Below are positions 1 to 14,250 of a DNA stretch of 64,000 bases, in pieces; the stretch's first letter is position 1; each line of letters opens with the position of its first letter. The stretch comes from the human T2T-CHM13v2.0 reference genome, Homo sapiens. Both the position numbers and the translations under genes were made by a program. The stretch lies in the NCBI RefSeq assembly GCF_009914755.1, contig NC_060928.1; one strand, written 5' to 3'. Under the pieces are notes generated by a model that saw only the letters and a list, made by a program, of their open reading frames with translations, was not told where the DNA came from and did not search any database.

Positions 1-900
1 GGCTTCCCCAGGGCCAGAGAGATGACAGATAAATATGCAAAACGGCTTCTGTTCAAACAGTACAGCAGCCCCATTCTCCACTTAGTACACTTCCTGATAT
101 CTCTGCCAACATAAATAAATAGATCAAAGGTAAAATCATTCCAAAAGAATTGTTTAATTTCAACACCAAAAATAACATCTTCACTGAAGATAAATTTTCC
201 TTCAGGAGCCCCCATATGCATACACAGCACAATACACACACACACACATACACTCAGATACTCACACACAATATAAACACAAATATACTTTAACTTAGGA
301 ATAGTTAAATAGTGCCAGCTCAGTTTAAGCTTAGAAACATAGACTGTTGGAACTACAGGAGATTTTAAAGATTTTAAGTGATTGTAATTGTTTTACACAC
401 ACACACACACCTCTTAATTTAAAAAAGAGGAAAATTTGGGGCTGAAAAACCGGGAATTACATATCCGAGGTCACAAAACAAGGATCATGCTAATTATAAT
501 AAGAATCCAAAGCTTTCAAGTCCCTCTGTGGTGTCTTCCCACAACTCCAACCCCATTTCTCACAAAGTTTAGAGGAACATATGGTTGACATTGAATTAAT
601 TGACTGCTTTTTTCTGTAAATGTGTTACCTCCGCATGATAACTAGTGGCATGTTAGAGATAAAGATGCTCGAACAAAAGGGATCTATGACTTGCTAGTGG
701 GCACAAACGATTATGGAAGCAGAGCTAAAGTGTGACACAGTCTAGGAATAAAATCTCACATTATTCTCAGTATTTAGTTATAAGGAGTAAAATAAAGAAA
801 AGTTAAGGACTATGTTTTTTTTTAAAAAAAAACAAACCCTATTTCTTTGTCAAAATATTATCCTCTTTACCCTCAAACCCCACTGAAATAAGAAAAACAT

Positions 901-1290
901 ATGTGGCATATATACACCATGGAATACTATGCAGCCATAAAAAATGATGAGTTCATGTCCTTTGTAGGGACATGGATGAAGCTGGAAACCATCATTCTCA
1001 GCAAACTATCGCAAGGACAAAAAACCAAACACCGCATGTTCTCATTCGTAGGTGGGAATTGAACAATGAGAACACACGGACACAGGAAGGGGAACATCAC
1101 ACATGGGGGCCTGTTGTGGGGTGGGGGGAAGGGGGAGAGATAGCATTAGGAGATATACCTAATGTTAAATGACGAGTTACTGGGTGCAGCACACCAACAT
1201 GGCACACGTATACATATGTAACTAACCTGCACATTGTGCACATGTACCCTAAAACTTAAAGTATAATTAAAAAAAAAAAAGAAAAAAAAA
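901..1290 (+). mobile_element. 5'-truncated young L1 3' end (L1PA3/L1PA4-like) with poly(A)
   Basis: ATGTGGCATATATACACCATGGAATACTATGCAGCC...TGTACCCTAAAACTTAAAGTATAAT followed by an A-tail; canonical L1PA 3'UTR including the G-rich tract at ~1115-1140. Confidence 0.93.
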
Positions 1291-1305
1291 GCATTGATTA
1301 TAGGA

Positions 1306-1786
<481 letters not shown>

Positions 1787-2227
1787 CTAAAAGAACTCTT
1801 GGGTAGCGCTCAGGGAATAGCTAGTGGGCTCTGGGAAAATGGGCACACTTGGGACAATACACCAGATAATTAGGAAAAGGATAACAAAGTTCTAGGGGAA
1901 AAAATGCTCATTAGAACCTAGAAATGTGCATCCAATCAAACTACCTTCAAATTTTATGGCGCTGACTATAAATAGAGACAATTTCAGACATTCAAGAATT
2001 TCAAAAGTTTGCTACTCACAACCTTATTCTGAAATACTTTTACATGGACATATTCTAGCAAGACTATAAAAATACTAAAATCTAACAGAATTGTTGAAGG
2101 AAAGGAAGTAGACAAAAATGTACTACAGAAATAACAATAGCACACATAAGAATGGCAACATAAATAATAGGCATATAATCCAAGGCAAAAAAAAGAGTAA
2201 ATGAAAAACAAACATAAATATTCAGAA

Positions 2228-2425
2228 ATCATGTGCTAGGCACTCTTTCAGGGCTGTTGCATTTCTTAACATATTAAACGCTGGTAGATGTAATGACTAA
2301 TTTTACAGATGAAGAAACTGAGGCAAATATAGCTAAATAACTTGTCTGCAATGATGCAGATAATATGTAGAATTGGGATTTGAAGTTAAGCAATATAACT
2401 TCAGATCCCACTCTTTGAACCATTA
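2228..2425 (-). mobile_element. MIR SINE
   Basis: MIR core TTTTACAGATGAAGAAACTGAGGC...GGGATTTGAA on the reverse strand. Confidence 0.75.
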
Positions 2426-2449
2426 AATAATTCAATAATGTCTAAAAAA

Positions 2450-2900
2450 ATTATTCTTAATAGCCAAAAATGGGAAAAAAATCAAATATCCATCAACAAT
2501 ATTAGAAAGCATATATTCACTGGATAATATTTATTTAGCTGAATCATACATATAATATATATTAGGTACTGTCAGTGTTACATTCAACAACATACATAAT
2601 CTCAAAAACATTATATTAATAGAAAGAAATCATAAAAGTGTATTATATATACATATATACTGTATGATTCCCTTCACATACATTTCCAAAACATGCACAA
2701 TTAGCCTTGTTAATAGATGTCTCAATAGATTAACAGTGGCAATTAATGGCTGGAAAGGACTATAAGGGTTTCTTCTGGGCTGATGTTAATATTTTTATAA
2801 TTTGTACTGGGTGGTCATTACTTGTGTTGGTCACTTTATAAAATTGAATGTTATGAAATTGAATGAATGTTATATTTTAGACTTTCATACTTAAATATAC
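2450..2900 (+). mobile_element. Ancient L1M (L1ME/MC-like) 3' fragment
   Basis: TAATAGCCAAAAATGGGAAA...AATATCCATCAACA, AATCTCAAAAACATTAT and TACTGTATGATTCC motifs. Confidence 0.55.
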
Positions 2901-3799
2901 GTAAAAGTTTCCAGAAAATATAATATGTATGTGTAGTTACTATATATAAGTATTTTATCACCTTTTTATGCATTGAACATTCTTTGTGACAATCTATATC
3001 AATGAATATACTAATATAATATCAAAAATTGTCATGCCTTTCATTTATTTTTCTGATTAAGATTGAGTCATTCTTTTGAACTCCAAACTAAAGTATATTA
3101 TTTATAAAATTTAAGGTATTAAATAGAAATTTATAGAGTACAGAAAATTAGCAAATTAGCAAAATTTTGTATGAATTCCCTTTGAGATACATTGGTCACA
3201 AGATTCCTGAGAAATAGAGTAATTCCAATGAAATAATTGCAAAAAATCTAATTTCACATCATTTTTTCTTCTGGGTAAGTCATTTATATTTAAGATAGGA
3301 ATAGCAGTATGACTATTCCAGTATCAGCAGTAAGCTAGTAGTGGAAAGTCAGCCTTTATGAACTGAAGACAATTGGGACTTTTGTATGAAGACTGTAGAA
3401 CATTCTCAGAACAGGGTTTGACTACAAGTTGGGATAAAGTAATATATTTCTGGGTAAATTAACTGAGATATTTTCTTTTCCTCCTATACCTAGAAAAGTT
3501 TTATTCATCCATCAAGACACTGCTTAAATGATAACCTTTGAGCATCCATCCTGCACATTGGCATAATTTCTATTTATACTACACCACTATTCTTCTTTCC
3601 ATCCTATTTTGAACAAAATCAGTGCACTCCTACAGTGCCAAATAACTGAGTTCTTACCTCTATTTTAAATATTTGTTTTTAATTTCATGCATTCATCTCT
3701 TGCTATTTAAAAAAAATACATTCAGTAAAAGATCTTGGCATACATAGGTGAATATTCTGAATTCAGGAAGGTCTACCTTCCCCTCTAATATTCTTTGTT

Positions 3800-6345
3800 A
3801 TTCATATCAATGTGATACATCATATCAACAGAATAAAGGGTGAAAACCATATGATTATTTCAACTGATGCTGACAAAGCATTTGATAAAATTCAACATCC
3901 TTTCATAACGAAAACCCTCAAAACCTAGGTAAAGAAGAAACATACCTAAAGACAATAAAAGCCATATACAACAAACCCATAGCTAGCATCATACTGAATG
4001 AGGAAAAACAGAAAGCCTTTCCTTTAAGATTTGGAGCATGACAGGGATGCCGCTTATAACACTGTTATTTAATATTGTCCTGGAAAAACCAGCTAGAGCA
4101 ATCAGACAGAATAAATAAATAAAAAAGCATCAAAATCGGAAAGGAAGAAGTCAAATTATACTTGTTTGCAGATGATATGATCTTATATTTAGAAAAACCT
4201 AAAGACTCCGCCAAAAAACTATTAGAACTGATAAACAAACTCAGTAAAATTGCAGGACACAAAATTAATATACACAAACACTAGCATTTCTGTATGCCAA
4301 AAGTGAACAATCTGAAAATGAAATCAAGAAAGCAAGCCCATTTACAACAGCTTCAAATAAAATAAAATACCCACGAATTAACTTAACCAAAGAAGTGAAA
4401 CATTTCTACAATGAAAACTCTAAAACACTGATGAAAGATACATAAAAGGACACCATTAAATGGAAAGATATTTCATACTCATTGATTGGAAGGATCGATT
4501 TTGTTGAAATGTCCATACTACCCAAAGCAGTCTACAGATTCAGTGCAGTCTCAATCAAAATACCAATGACATTCTTCACAGAGATAGAAAAAACCATCTT
4601 AAAATAAGACCCAAAATAGCCAATGCTATACTAAGCAAAAGGAACAAAACTGAAAGAATCACATTACCTGACTTCAAATTATACTACAAAGCTATGATAT
4701 CCAAAACAATGTGGTACTGCCATAAAAACAGACACATACACCAATGGACAAGAACACATAACCTATAAATGAATTCATGTATCTACAGTGAACTCATTTT
4801 TTACAATGGTGCCAAGAACATACTTTGGGGAAAGGACAGTCTCCTCAATAAATGGTGCTGGAAAAAAAATGGATATCCATATGCAAAAGAATGAAACTAG
4901 AGCCCTATTTCTTGCCATATAAAAAAATTAAAATGGATTAAAGATGTAAATCTAACACCTCAAACTATTAATCTACTAAAAGAAGACACTGGGAAAACTC
5001 TCCAGGACATTGGACTGAGTAAAGATTTCTTGGGGTGCAGCAGAACACCATGGCCCATGTTTACCTATGTAACAAACCTGCATATACTGCACATGTATCT
5101 CGGAACTTAAAATAAAATAAAACATATTTCTTAGGTAATACCTCAAAAGCACAGGCAACCAACACAAAAATGGACAAATGGGATCACATCAAGTTAAAAA
5201 GTTTCTGCACAGCAAAGGAAACAATAAACAAAGTGAAGAGACAATCCACACAGTGAGAGAAAATATTTGCAAACTACCCATCTGACAAGGGATTAAACCA
5301 GAACATATAAGGACCTCAAACAGCTCTATAGGGAAAAAAACTAATAATCCAATTTTAAAATGGGCAAAAGACCTGAATAGACACTTCTCAAAAGAAGATA
5401 TACAAATGCAAACAGGTATATGAAAAGGTGCTCAATATCATTGATCATCAGAGAAATGCGAATCAAACCTACAATGAGATATTATCTCACCTTGGTTAAA
5501 ATTGCTTTTATCCAAAAGAAAGGTAATAAAAAGTGCTGGAAAAGATGTAGAGAAAAGGGAACCCTCATCCACTGTTGTTAGGAATGTAAATTAAAACAAC
5601 TACTATGGAGAACAGTTTGGCAGTTCCTCAAAAAACTAAAAATAGAGGTACTATATGATCCAGCAAACCCACTGCTAGGTAAGAAATACCCCAAAGAAAG
5701 AAAGTCAGCATGCTGAAGAGAGATCTGCACTCCCATGGTTACTGAAGCACTATTCAAAATAGCCAAGATTTTGGAAGGAACCCAATTGTCCATCAACAGA
5801 TGAATGGATAAGGAAAATGTGGTACATATATACAATAGAGTACGATTCAGTCATAAAAAAGAATGAGATCCTGTCATTTGTAACAACATGGATGGAGCTA
5901 GACGTCATTGTGTTAAATGAAATAAGTCAGGCATGAAAAGAAAAACTTTGCATGTTCTCACTTATTTGTGGTACTAAAAACTAAAACAATTGAACTCATG
6001 GAGATAGTAGAATGATGGTTACCAGAGGCTGAGAAGGATAGTGGGGTTGGTGGAGAGTGGGGATAGTTAATGGGTATGAAAATATCATTAGATTGAATGA
6101 ATAAGATCTAGTATTTGATACCACAACAGCGTGACTACAGTCAACAATAATTTATTATTCATTTAAAAGTAACTAAAGGAATACAATTGGAATGTTTATA
6201 ACACAAATGATAAATACTTGAGGTGATGGATATCCCATTTACACTGATGTGATTATTATGCATTATACAACTGTATCAAGATACTTTATGTACCCTATAA
6301 ACATATATACCTACCCACAAAAATTTAAAAATATAAAATTTTTTA
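3800..6345 (+). mobile_element. 5'-truncated L1MA-type element (ORF2 RT region to 3'UTR), degenerate
   Basis: AAAGCATTTGATAAAATTCAACATCC; TTTGCAGATGATATGATC (FADDM motif); 3' end CTACCCACAAAAATTTAAAAAT. Confidence 0.9.
5033..5122 (+). mobile_element. ~90-bp L1PA 3' terminus nested in the L1MA
   Basis: GGGTGCAGC...ACCTATGTAACAAACCTGCATATACTGCACATGTATCTCGGAACTTAAAATAAAATAAAA; diverged TSD AAAGATTTCTTG / ACATATTTCTTA; host L1 resumes collinearly. Confidence 0.82.
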
Positions 6346-7659
6346 AAAGTGCCTTAAAACATGCTGCAGTGATTTTAACATAGGCTCTTTAAAAGTTATT
6401 AATTTAACTACAATTCAGGATGAATCTAGGGACAGATTTGGCACATAAAGACTATGTGTATTATGTACAGAGATCAATGGGGATAAGAAATCTGCACACT
6501 GCTTAGAAGTATTCATTAGGAAAAAAATACTCTGTCACTCTTGCAACATTATAAACTCCCAAATATTTTCTCCAGCCACATTTACCCTTACCCCTAAGGA
6601 CCACTGCTTTAAAATACCATTATCACTGGTCACTTTGTAATCTAGACTTAGTGTTCTGTCACAAAAAGAAGTTTGATAATCACCACCATAAAAATACATT
6701 TTAGAACTGCAATCAATTGAATTTTGTTTTTTCAAAGTAATCATATTTTATAGCCTGCCATACATTTGTTCAGATACATTCAATGCTTGTAACTTGTGAA
6801 TTCTTCCAAATAAAGCTAATTTAAGTTTCAGAAAGAGTATAATCATTCAGAACCATTTTTCATGTGCCTTAAGAGGCATGCCCATAATGTTGATTTGTTC
6901 TTGAGGCTGGAGAACTAATAGAAGGCAATTCCAAGAAGACCCACCATGGGCTGAGAAATGACCACTTCTTAGAACTTATCCCTCCCTATTTTTGAAACAA
7001 GATCAATCGTGTCTACTACTAACAGAGGGCTTGCAAAGATTAAACAAATTGATAAGATAACAAATGTGAAACAATTGTTGGTATTTCAGGTCAGTGGAAT
7101 TGCTCATAGGTGAAACTGAAGTGGACATCTGACAAAATTTTATGTTGTGTTCTACACAGGAAAGCAGAGGTCTGAGGAAAAGATAATTTCTTTCAAGGCA
7201 ATTCTAAAGAAATTTAATAAGCTTATTATGTAGATAAAGACATTCATAACTCAATACTGATGAAGAACAACAAAAAATAATAATTGTTCAGAAGCTTAAG
7301 ATAGTATAGGATGTAAAAGTGTTAAACTTAATATCAAAGTATGATTTTTGTCATTCTCTGTATATTTTAAATTTTTTCTTAATTATATCTCATGCAGTAA
7401 TTCTAATATCTTGAATTATATTGATTTTGTCCCAAGCCATCAGACTTGGAACATTAAGAATTTCTGATTTAAAATTTTCTCCCTTACGTACCTCCACAAC
7501 AAATGCTTTGCCTTTTTTTGTGTCTCAAATACTGCCAGCCTGCTTTCATCCCTCTGTTAACCAGTCTAACTCAGGATGTCATGGCTATCACAGGGATTAC
7601 TATCATATCTCCTGAGAGTTAGATATTTGCCAACTTCCAACTGTTCAACTTTTATCATG

Positions 7660-7830
7660 GTGTTACGTTAATCTTCAAACAGAACAACAATCATATCACT
7701 CCTTGCTCAAAGACCTTCAATGACTTTCAATTTCCAAATGAATCAACTTCTAATTTTTCACTATAGCATTTAAAACTCTCCAGTGTGTAGCTCCAGATTC
7801 ACTTCTGACCTTATCTGAAGCCATTCCTAC
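7660..7830 (+). mobile_element. L2 fragment
   Basis: ATCATATCACTCCTTGCTCAAAGACCTTCAATGAC resembles the L2 consensus. Confidence 0.55.
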
Positions 7831-8835
7831 ATAAACCCTGCTATATGCTGGCTCTATACTGGGACTTTCAATGTACATTCACATTTAATTCTCATAATAG
7901 TACTATGCTCAGGTATTAACATTACCAATTTATAGAAGTGTAAAATAATATTCATTTATGTTAACAACTTTATCATTGTTAATTTTATATTTTCATAATT
8001 CTTTTTACATCTTTTATATATCTCAATATTTTTATAATTAACATCAACTTGGCCAAATTCCATGTAAAAAGAAAAACATTGCTATGGCTCAGGTTTAGGT
8101 CTTCTAACATCAAAGTCCTTGGAATTTCCAATAAACCTCACTGAGTATCCAATTCTATCAAGTCATAACTCCTTGACAACATTTTAACTGGATTCTAGGA
8201 CTAGGATTCCAATTTTATTAGCTAATGAATAAGACACCTCACCCCTCTTCCACACATTGTCCCTTATATTTAGTGCCATAAGATTTATTCATCAAGCTTC
8301 TTTGGGGTGCAAATAACAGACATGGCACTAGCTAGCCTAAGTAAAACAAGATTTCTTGGGAAGATATTGAGTTACTCTTAGAATTAAATTAAACACTGAA
8401 TCTCTGAGCATCAGAATGATAAAAGCCAGGGCAACTCCAGGGACCTTAGCAGCAACTTTTACCATATGATGATTTGGTTTTAACCACCCTCTCTCTTTGT
8501 AGTCTCCATGAGGCTTTTCAAAAACCTGAAAAGTAGACTCTAATTGTCTCAGCTTGGGTGATAAGACTGAACCTTGAACCATTCACCCACCTGCAGAGGA
8601 CAAGAGTTTTGTAAACTTTTAGAGGAGCTTTAAGAAGGAAAATCTACAGGGTCTTAACATACATCTTCTCACTTTGAATATTACAAATATCTAAAATCTT
8701 TTAAGACTGAGTTTATTTCTACATAGATCAAATAAAAAGAAATGACACTGAAGTAACGGAAGAAAAATCAATTCGTTAATTCACTCATGAAAATTATTTA
8801 TTGGGTGCCCAAGATTTTGTTCTGGTGACAAACTT

Positions 8836-9002
8836 ATGTGTATATATATGTATATATGTATATTTGGTATATATATACACACCAAAATTTATGTGTGCGT
8901 GTATATACATATATATATATATATATTTGGTATATACATATATGTATTTGGGGTGTGTGTGTATATATATATGTGTGTATATATATGTGTATATATACAC
9001 CA
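8836..9002. repeat. Compound (TA)/(TG) low-complexity repeat
   Basis: Alternating purine-pyrimidine runs interrupted by repeated TATATTTGGTATATATAC and TACACCAC units. Confidence 0.9.
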
Positions 9003-10439
9003 CAAAAAGTGAGTACTATCTTAATACAACTGTGAATGAATGAGTGAGCTGGATTTAGCACCTGTCTATATTGCTGAAGGGAAATTGTGTCCAGCTGATA
9101 CTGGAACACTTCCTATATCAACCTTACAAACATGTGTATATATCTGTACATACTGAATTTTCAGTGGAACACACCTACCAGTCTATAGCATAGGAAAAAT
9201 CCAATAATGATAAACTCAAAGTTAATGAGAGTGTAGCTCAGCAACATTGGAGAAGAAGGTAGTTGGGACTACTTAAATAAATGCTTCAGAAAGATACAAA
9301 TTTCTGGGAACCTTCTGGAGCTTCAAAGGACTCTCAGTTCCCACCATCTGTAGCATGACAGAATCACTTGAGGCGAAAAAAAGCAAGCAAGTTAGGCTTT
9401 GGAGGCCAGGAATTGCAGTGTTGAGAACTATGTTTGAGTTCCCCAGCACTTGGCAGCAATCAAGCCACAAGGAGTCCTGAATCAAGGACACAGAAGGGTC
9501 CCCAGATAATCTCAACAATATATGAGGAGAGAACTTACTAGAAAAGACTAGAATTTTGCTAACAAATGGGCAATGACTCATAGCTGTTGAGATCTGGCGG
9601 AGCAAAGCACATGTGACCTCATTTGTAACCAATTCTGGTGAAGGTAGAGAAATACCCATAGAAAACATTGACCCTGAAAAAAGTCTAGTGCTGTCCATCT
9701 TAACAAGTGCTCTTGTTAATTATTTTCTTTGATTGTATTACTCTCTAAAACCTGGCTGAGAAAAGGTATTTATCGTTTAAGTTCACTTCACTAGCCACCT
9801 TCTACATAGTTCTGCTCCAAAACCCACTACTAAGATATAAACAAATAAATGTTTTCAATTACAACTGCCGTTCAGCCTAGGCACTATTCTATGAGACATG
9901 GTATACTAGGAAATTTATTTGAACTTTTTTCCTTTCTTTTTTAAAATCAAATCTACCCCATCTTGGGTTCATTGTTATTTGTTTATTTTATTCTCTCTTG
10001 CATAGTGAACTCTTTCAGGACACAATCTGTCTTGTTCATATTTGTACCAAATTAAAAGAAATTGAATGTTTTGCATGTATGCAGACCTGATGTAGTAAGG
10101 CCATTTTTCTGGATGAATTACTCAGAAGCCTAGGGAAAAAAAGTCTTATTATCAGAAAAGAAGCAGCTAGAGTTTCTGTGCGCTATTCCTATGTGAAATG
10201 AACCAGGTGGCTACTAAACAAATCTACAGGTAAATTAATGTTTATGGATCTAATACTTTGAAACAAATGTACTTATAACAGAAATTACTTTGGGAAATAA
10301 AAAATTAAAATCTCTTTATTGAAAATATACAATAAAAGTGGTAGGTCATAGGAGTATTATAGGACAAATATTGAAACTTTGTTAAGAAAACCTCTAAATG
10401 GAATAACCAAGAAATACTATTAAGGAAGTTCTTTGGCCC

Positions 10440-10620
10440 AGATTGATGGGTAGTAGATTAAAAGGCTGGCTACAGAGTGAAAGAAGATAACTTTAATACT
10501 TGAATCTATCAAAGTACTTATATAAAAATTATGTAAAGGATACTTACAAATCAATGACAAAAGACAAACCATGCAATTAACAAAATGGGTAAATAACACT
10601 GACAGGTACTTCACAAAAAC
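10440..10620 (+). mobile_element. Ancient L1M ORF2 fragment
   Basis: ACTTACAAATCAATGACAAAAGACAAAC...AAAATGGGTAAATAACACTGACAGGTACTTCACAAAA. Confidence 0.55.
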
Positions 10621-10837
10621 TGATCCTTCATTTTACCTGCTGTAAATAAAGCAACCTCATACTGACTTTTTCCCTTTTGGTCTTACACTTTCCATTCTGT
10701 CACTCCTGTTCTCTGAGACCACCCCCCCCCCGTATAATCAAGCACTTTTTTTTTCTGGGTTTGCTTTCAAAGGAACCAAACTAAGGAAGGAGGGGATCAA
10801 GATAAAGGATAGAAGATAGAAGAGAAAAGGAAAATCA

Positions 10838-11308
10838 TGGCAGAATAGGCTTAAAAATGTCCCCCCAGAAATATTCCTGTCAAATTCCTTGGAACCTGTG
10901 ATGTTACCTTATTTAGAAAAAGAGTCTTTGCAGATGTGATTAAGTTAAGGGTCTTGAGGTTGGGAGATATTCTTGAGTTATTCAGGCATGCCTTAAATAC
11001 CATCACACATGTCTTCTTTATAAGAGAAAGGTAGAGGGAAATTGACACAGGTGCACAGAGAAGAAAGTATATGACGACAGAAGCAGAGATAAAAGTGATG
11101 ATGCCACAAGCCAAGGAAGCCAGAAACCACCAGAAGCTAGAAGAAGCAAAGAAGGGATTCTTCCCTAGAAACTTTGTAGGGACTGTGGGTCTACTGATAC
11201 CCTGATTTCAGACTTCTGGCCTCCAGAGCTGTGAGAGAATAAATTTCTGTTGTTTCAAGCCACCAAGTTTGTAGTAATTTCTTATGGCAGCCTCAGGAAA
11301 GTAATACA
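10838..11308 (+). mobile_element. MLT1C/D-like MaLR solo LTR
   Basis: GGAACCTGTGATGTTACCTTA...GTCTTTGCAGATGTGATTAAGTTAAGG...AATAAATTTCTGTTGTTTCAAGCCACC...GGAAAGTAATACA. Confidence 0.88.
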
Positions 11309-12119
11309 CGTGGATTAAAATACGAACAAAATCAGAGGTAGAGACGAAGGATGTCCTTACATGGTGGTATGATTTCTTGTTAAAATAAAACCGTTTCCTA
11401 AGTTTTAGAGGCATCTTGCCCTATAGAAATGATTTGAGTTAGCATTTGTGAGGAATTGTGGGGAAACTGACCAAAGATCAGAAAAAGAATTTCTAAGGAG
11501 AACTGCAAGCTCAGCAGAGGTTAAATTAATGAATTTATAATGTATTTATTGTTATTTCTTGGGATTTGGCAGTCATCAGCAAGGATGATAGTAAGCAGAC
11601 AAAATTATTCTGGCCTCATGTCAGAGTTCAGGGCCTGGACTCAAGACCCAAGAAGAGAAACTGGCAAGAAAAATGCAAGACTCTAATTCTGAGGAAGGAA
11701 TAGGTGACTTAAGAGGGCACTACAGTAACAATGCATGCATATGGACTCCTAATTACTGAAGATTTAGGGACCATCTGGATTCAAGAAAAGCAGAAGCCTA
11801 GTTAACAAATCAGGGCAAACCTGCTGAAGGCAGATTAGCATCAAGAGTTGCTTCACCTGGATAGCTTGAGCTCCCTCTGCTTCAGATCAGAATGAATCCC
11901 AGAAGTCTGGGTTGATCTTAATGTGCAAATGAGGAATCAATAGGCCCTATCTTTTTTGCATGACTGTTAATTTGAACTTCTGGCTCTTCTTGCATTTTTT
12001 TCATCATCTTCTAATTTCATTGCTTTTCATTCCCAACTTAAAGAGTAGCGGGCTGATGGCAGGGAGGATAGAAGAAGAGAAGAGAAAGGGGATAGAGTGG
12101 AGGGAGAGGAGATTATTTA

Positions 12120-12308
12120 CAAATATCACTTCATAGGGACCTCACAACAGATATTTGACTTAGGCATCACTATCCCTGTTTTACAGAAAAGGAAAATGGG
12201 ATTTGAAAAATTAAGCAGCTCAAATGCATACAGCTGGTAGAAGATAAAAGCAAGATCCAAACCCAAGTTGTACTGATTCCAAAGCCAGTGTTCTTATCCA
12301 TTGCCAGA
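12120..12308 (-). mobile_element. MIR SINE
   Basis: CCTCACAAC...ATCCCTGTTTTACAGAAAAGGAAAATG...GATTCCAAAGCCAGTGTTCTT. Confidence 0.65.
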
Positions 12309-13669
12309 CCCTTACTGGTTCCATAGCAGTCATTCAATTATGCTTACTTTTAAATCAACATCCTCAAGTCTCTCAAACCCTTATCTTTCTTTTCAAATCT
12401 GCCTTTGCAATTACTTCTGATGAATTAAATAATTCATTCAAGGAAAGTTAATAAATACCTACTAAACTGGAAAGGCCTCTTTAGGTTGAAGGGAATTAAA
12501 CAGTATCTTGTAACAAACATAGACATTGTGCCTGCTTTCATGATTTTACAGCCCATTCAAACAAATCATCAATGAATTTCATCCATTGCGATTACCTGGC
12601 TGTTAGATCTAGTTAACACATTATTTGGTCTCTAGCCCGGATTATCTTTTTCAGATGAAATACGGCATTATGTGAGGAAAAATTTAAGTTTTTAATGAAA
12701 ATTATTTTCAGAACTATATGAAGCAAACACTAAATTAAGATTGTTGTGGTCCTTGGCATTAATTTCAGTAATGAATGTCAACAAATTTTTCAACAGCTAC
12801 AAATGAAAAATACTTAAGTGTTGGAAGAATAATGCATTGGGGAGAGATGATTTAAGAAAGCAGGAATCCTATGCTAGTATTTTCTTTTAAATAGATAGTC
12901 ACCTCTTCAAGTTAAATCTAAATTTCAGGCAAAACAATCTATGATATCTATTATTTATCTACTGAGAGGTAGGTAGAATACAAAAGTAATTTTTGATTTT
13001 GCCATGGGAATAAATGTGAAATTACCACATCCTATGATGCCAAACCCAATTCTCTGATAAGAAACACTCCCTGTGTTTGCCGAGAGGTATTTCATTAACA
13101 TTGTTCTGCACAGAGACTAATTTCAAGTACTTTTAATGACTCTACCTACCTAGGAGGGGAGTTTGTGACAAGGGAAGAAGTTGCAGCCTTTCAGAAATTA
13201 TAATATGCTAAAATATTAATAAATTTGAATCTTCTCAATTTCAATATTTTTATGATTCATTTTCAACTTTTCCCCTCATTAGTTATTTTCCAAGTTAAAT
13301 ACCTTCCATTATCATTAGGAAGTGTATGTTTGTATAGACAAAAATCTAGGTGGTAAAATTATTCATCCTGTGTATTAAATAAATATTGTTCCTAGCTTAT
13401 GTGAACAGATCTTTCCCCACGTCCAGTTTTTTCCCCTACATGAATGTTCATTTTTGTGTGTACCTATCTTCTCAAGTCAAACATTCAGCACTTTTGCATC
13501 CAGTTAGTTACAAAAGTCCCACATCGCTTATTATGAAATTGGTAATTAAATTTCATATTTAATAGAAATCAATAAAATACAGCTGTCTTGTGGGTTTGAG
13601 AACATGGTAAATCAAATTAATTAACAGTATATTATACATTAAAAACTATGACAAAATCTCAAGCAAGCA

Positions 13670-14250
13670 CTTGGTTCATCTATGACTTCCAACTTTCTCA
13701 AATATGTATATGACCCTAGGCAAATAACAAATCTCTCTCTAGTTTAATCTTTCCAAATGTAAAAAGGACTTCATAATTTATTAACTTATTTAGCCAGTTT
13801 TTAATGAATTCTTAATGTATGCTTAATATTTTCCAATTACTAGGGACTCAGGGGTGAATATGACAAATCAGATTCAAGTTATTTCCCATTGTAGGGCCTC
13901 TGAGATTACGGTCCCATCTAACAGAAAGGCAATTCCTCTGGTCTTCCTTTGTCTGACTACTCATCATTAATTTCTTAGTCAAAATATATCTTCTTAGGCC
14001 TTCTGTGATCATCCTATTGAATGGGCACCTATCCAATCCCCATCATTTTCTATAACAAAACTATGTCTGATTCCTTAATTTGCTTAATTACTTTTTGCAG
14101 TTATACTACTTACATTTTGTTCACTTTTTCTTGCTTTTCTCCTCAAGTAGAATGAAAGTCCCATTCAGTAGAAACCTTGCTGCACCTCCAGTAAAGTGAA
14201 CAGTATCTTATACATGGTAGATTAACAATAAATGTTTCTTGAATTAAATA
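13670..14250. mobile_element. Cluster of MIR (+) and L2 (both strands) relics
   Basis: TATGACCCTAGGCAAATAAC...TGTAAAA (MIR); TAGAATGAAAGTCCC...TACATGGTAG...CAATAAATGTTTCTTGAAT (L2 3' end). Confidence 0.5.

Noticed and set aside
813-834. 22-bp perfect palindrome TG-T9-A9-CA
   Set aside because: Homopolymer-based; expected from slippage in AT-rich DNA.
9273-9698. 141-aa ORF on the - strand in non-annotated sequence
   Set aside because: Ser/Leu-rich, no recognisable domain or splice context; the region may be an old LTR I could not name.
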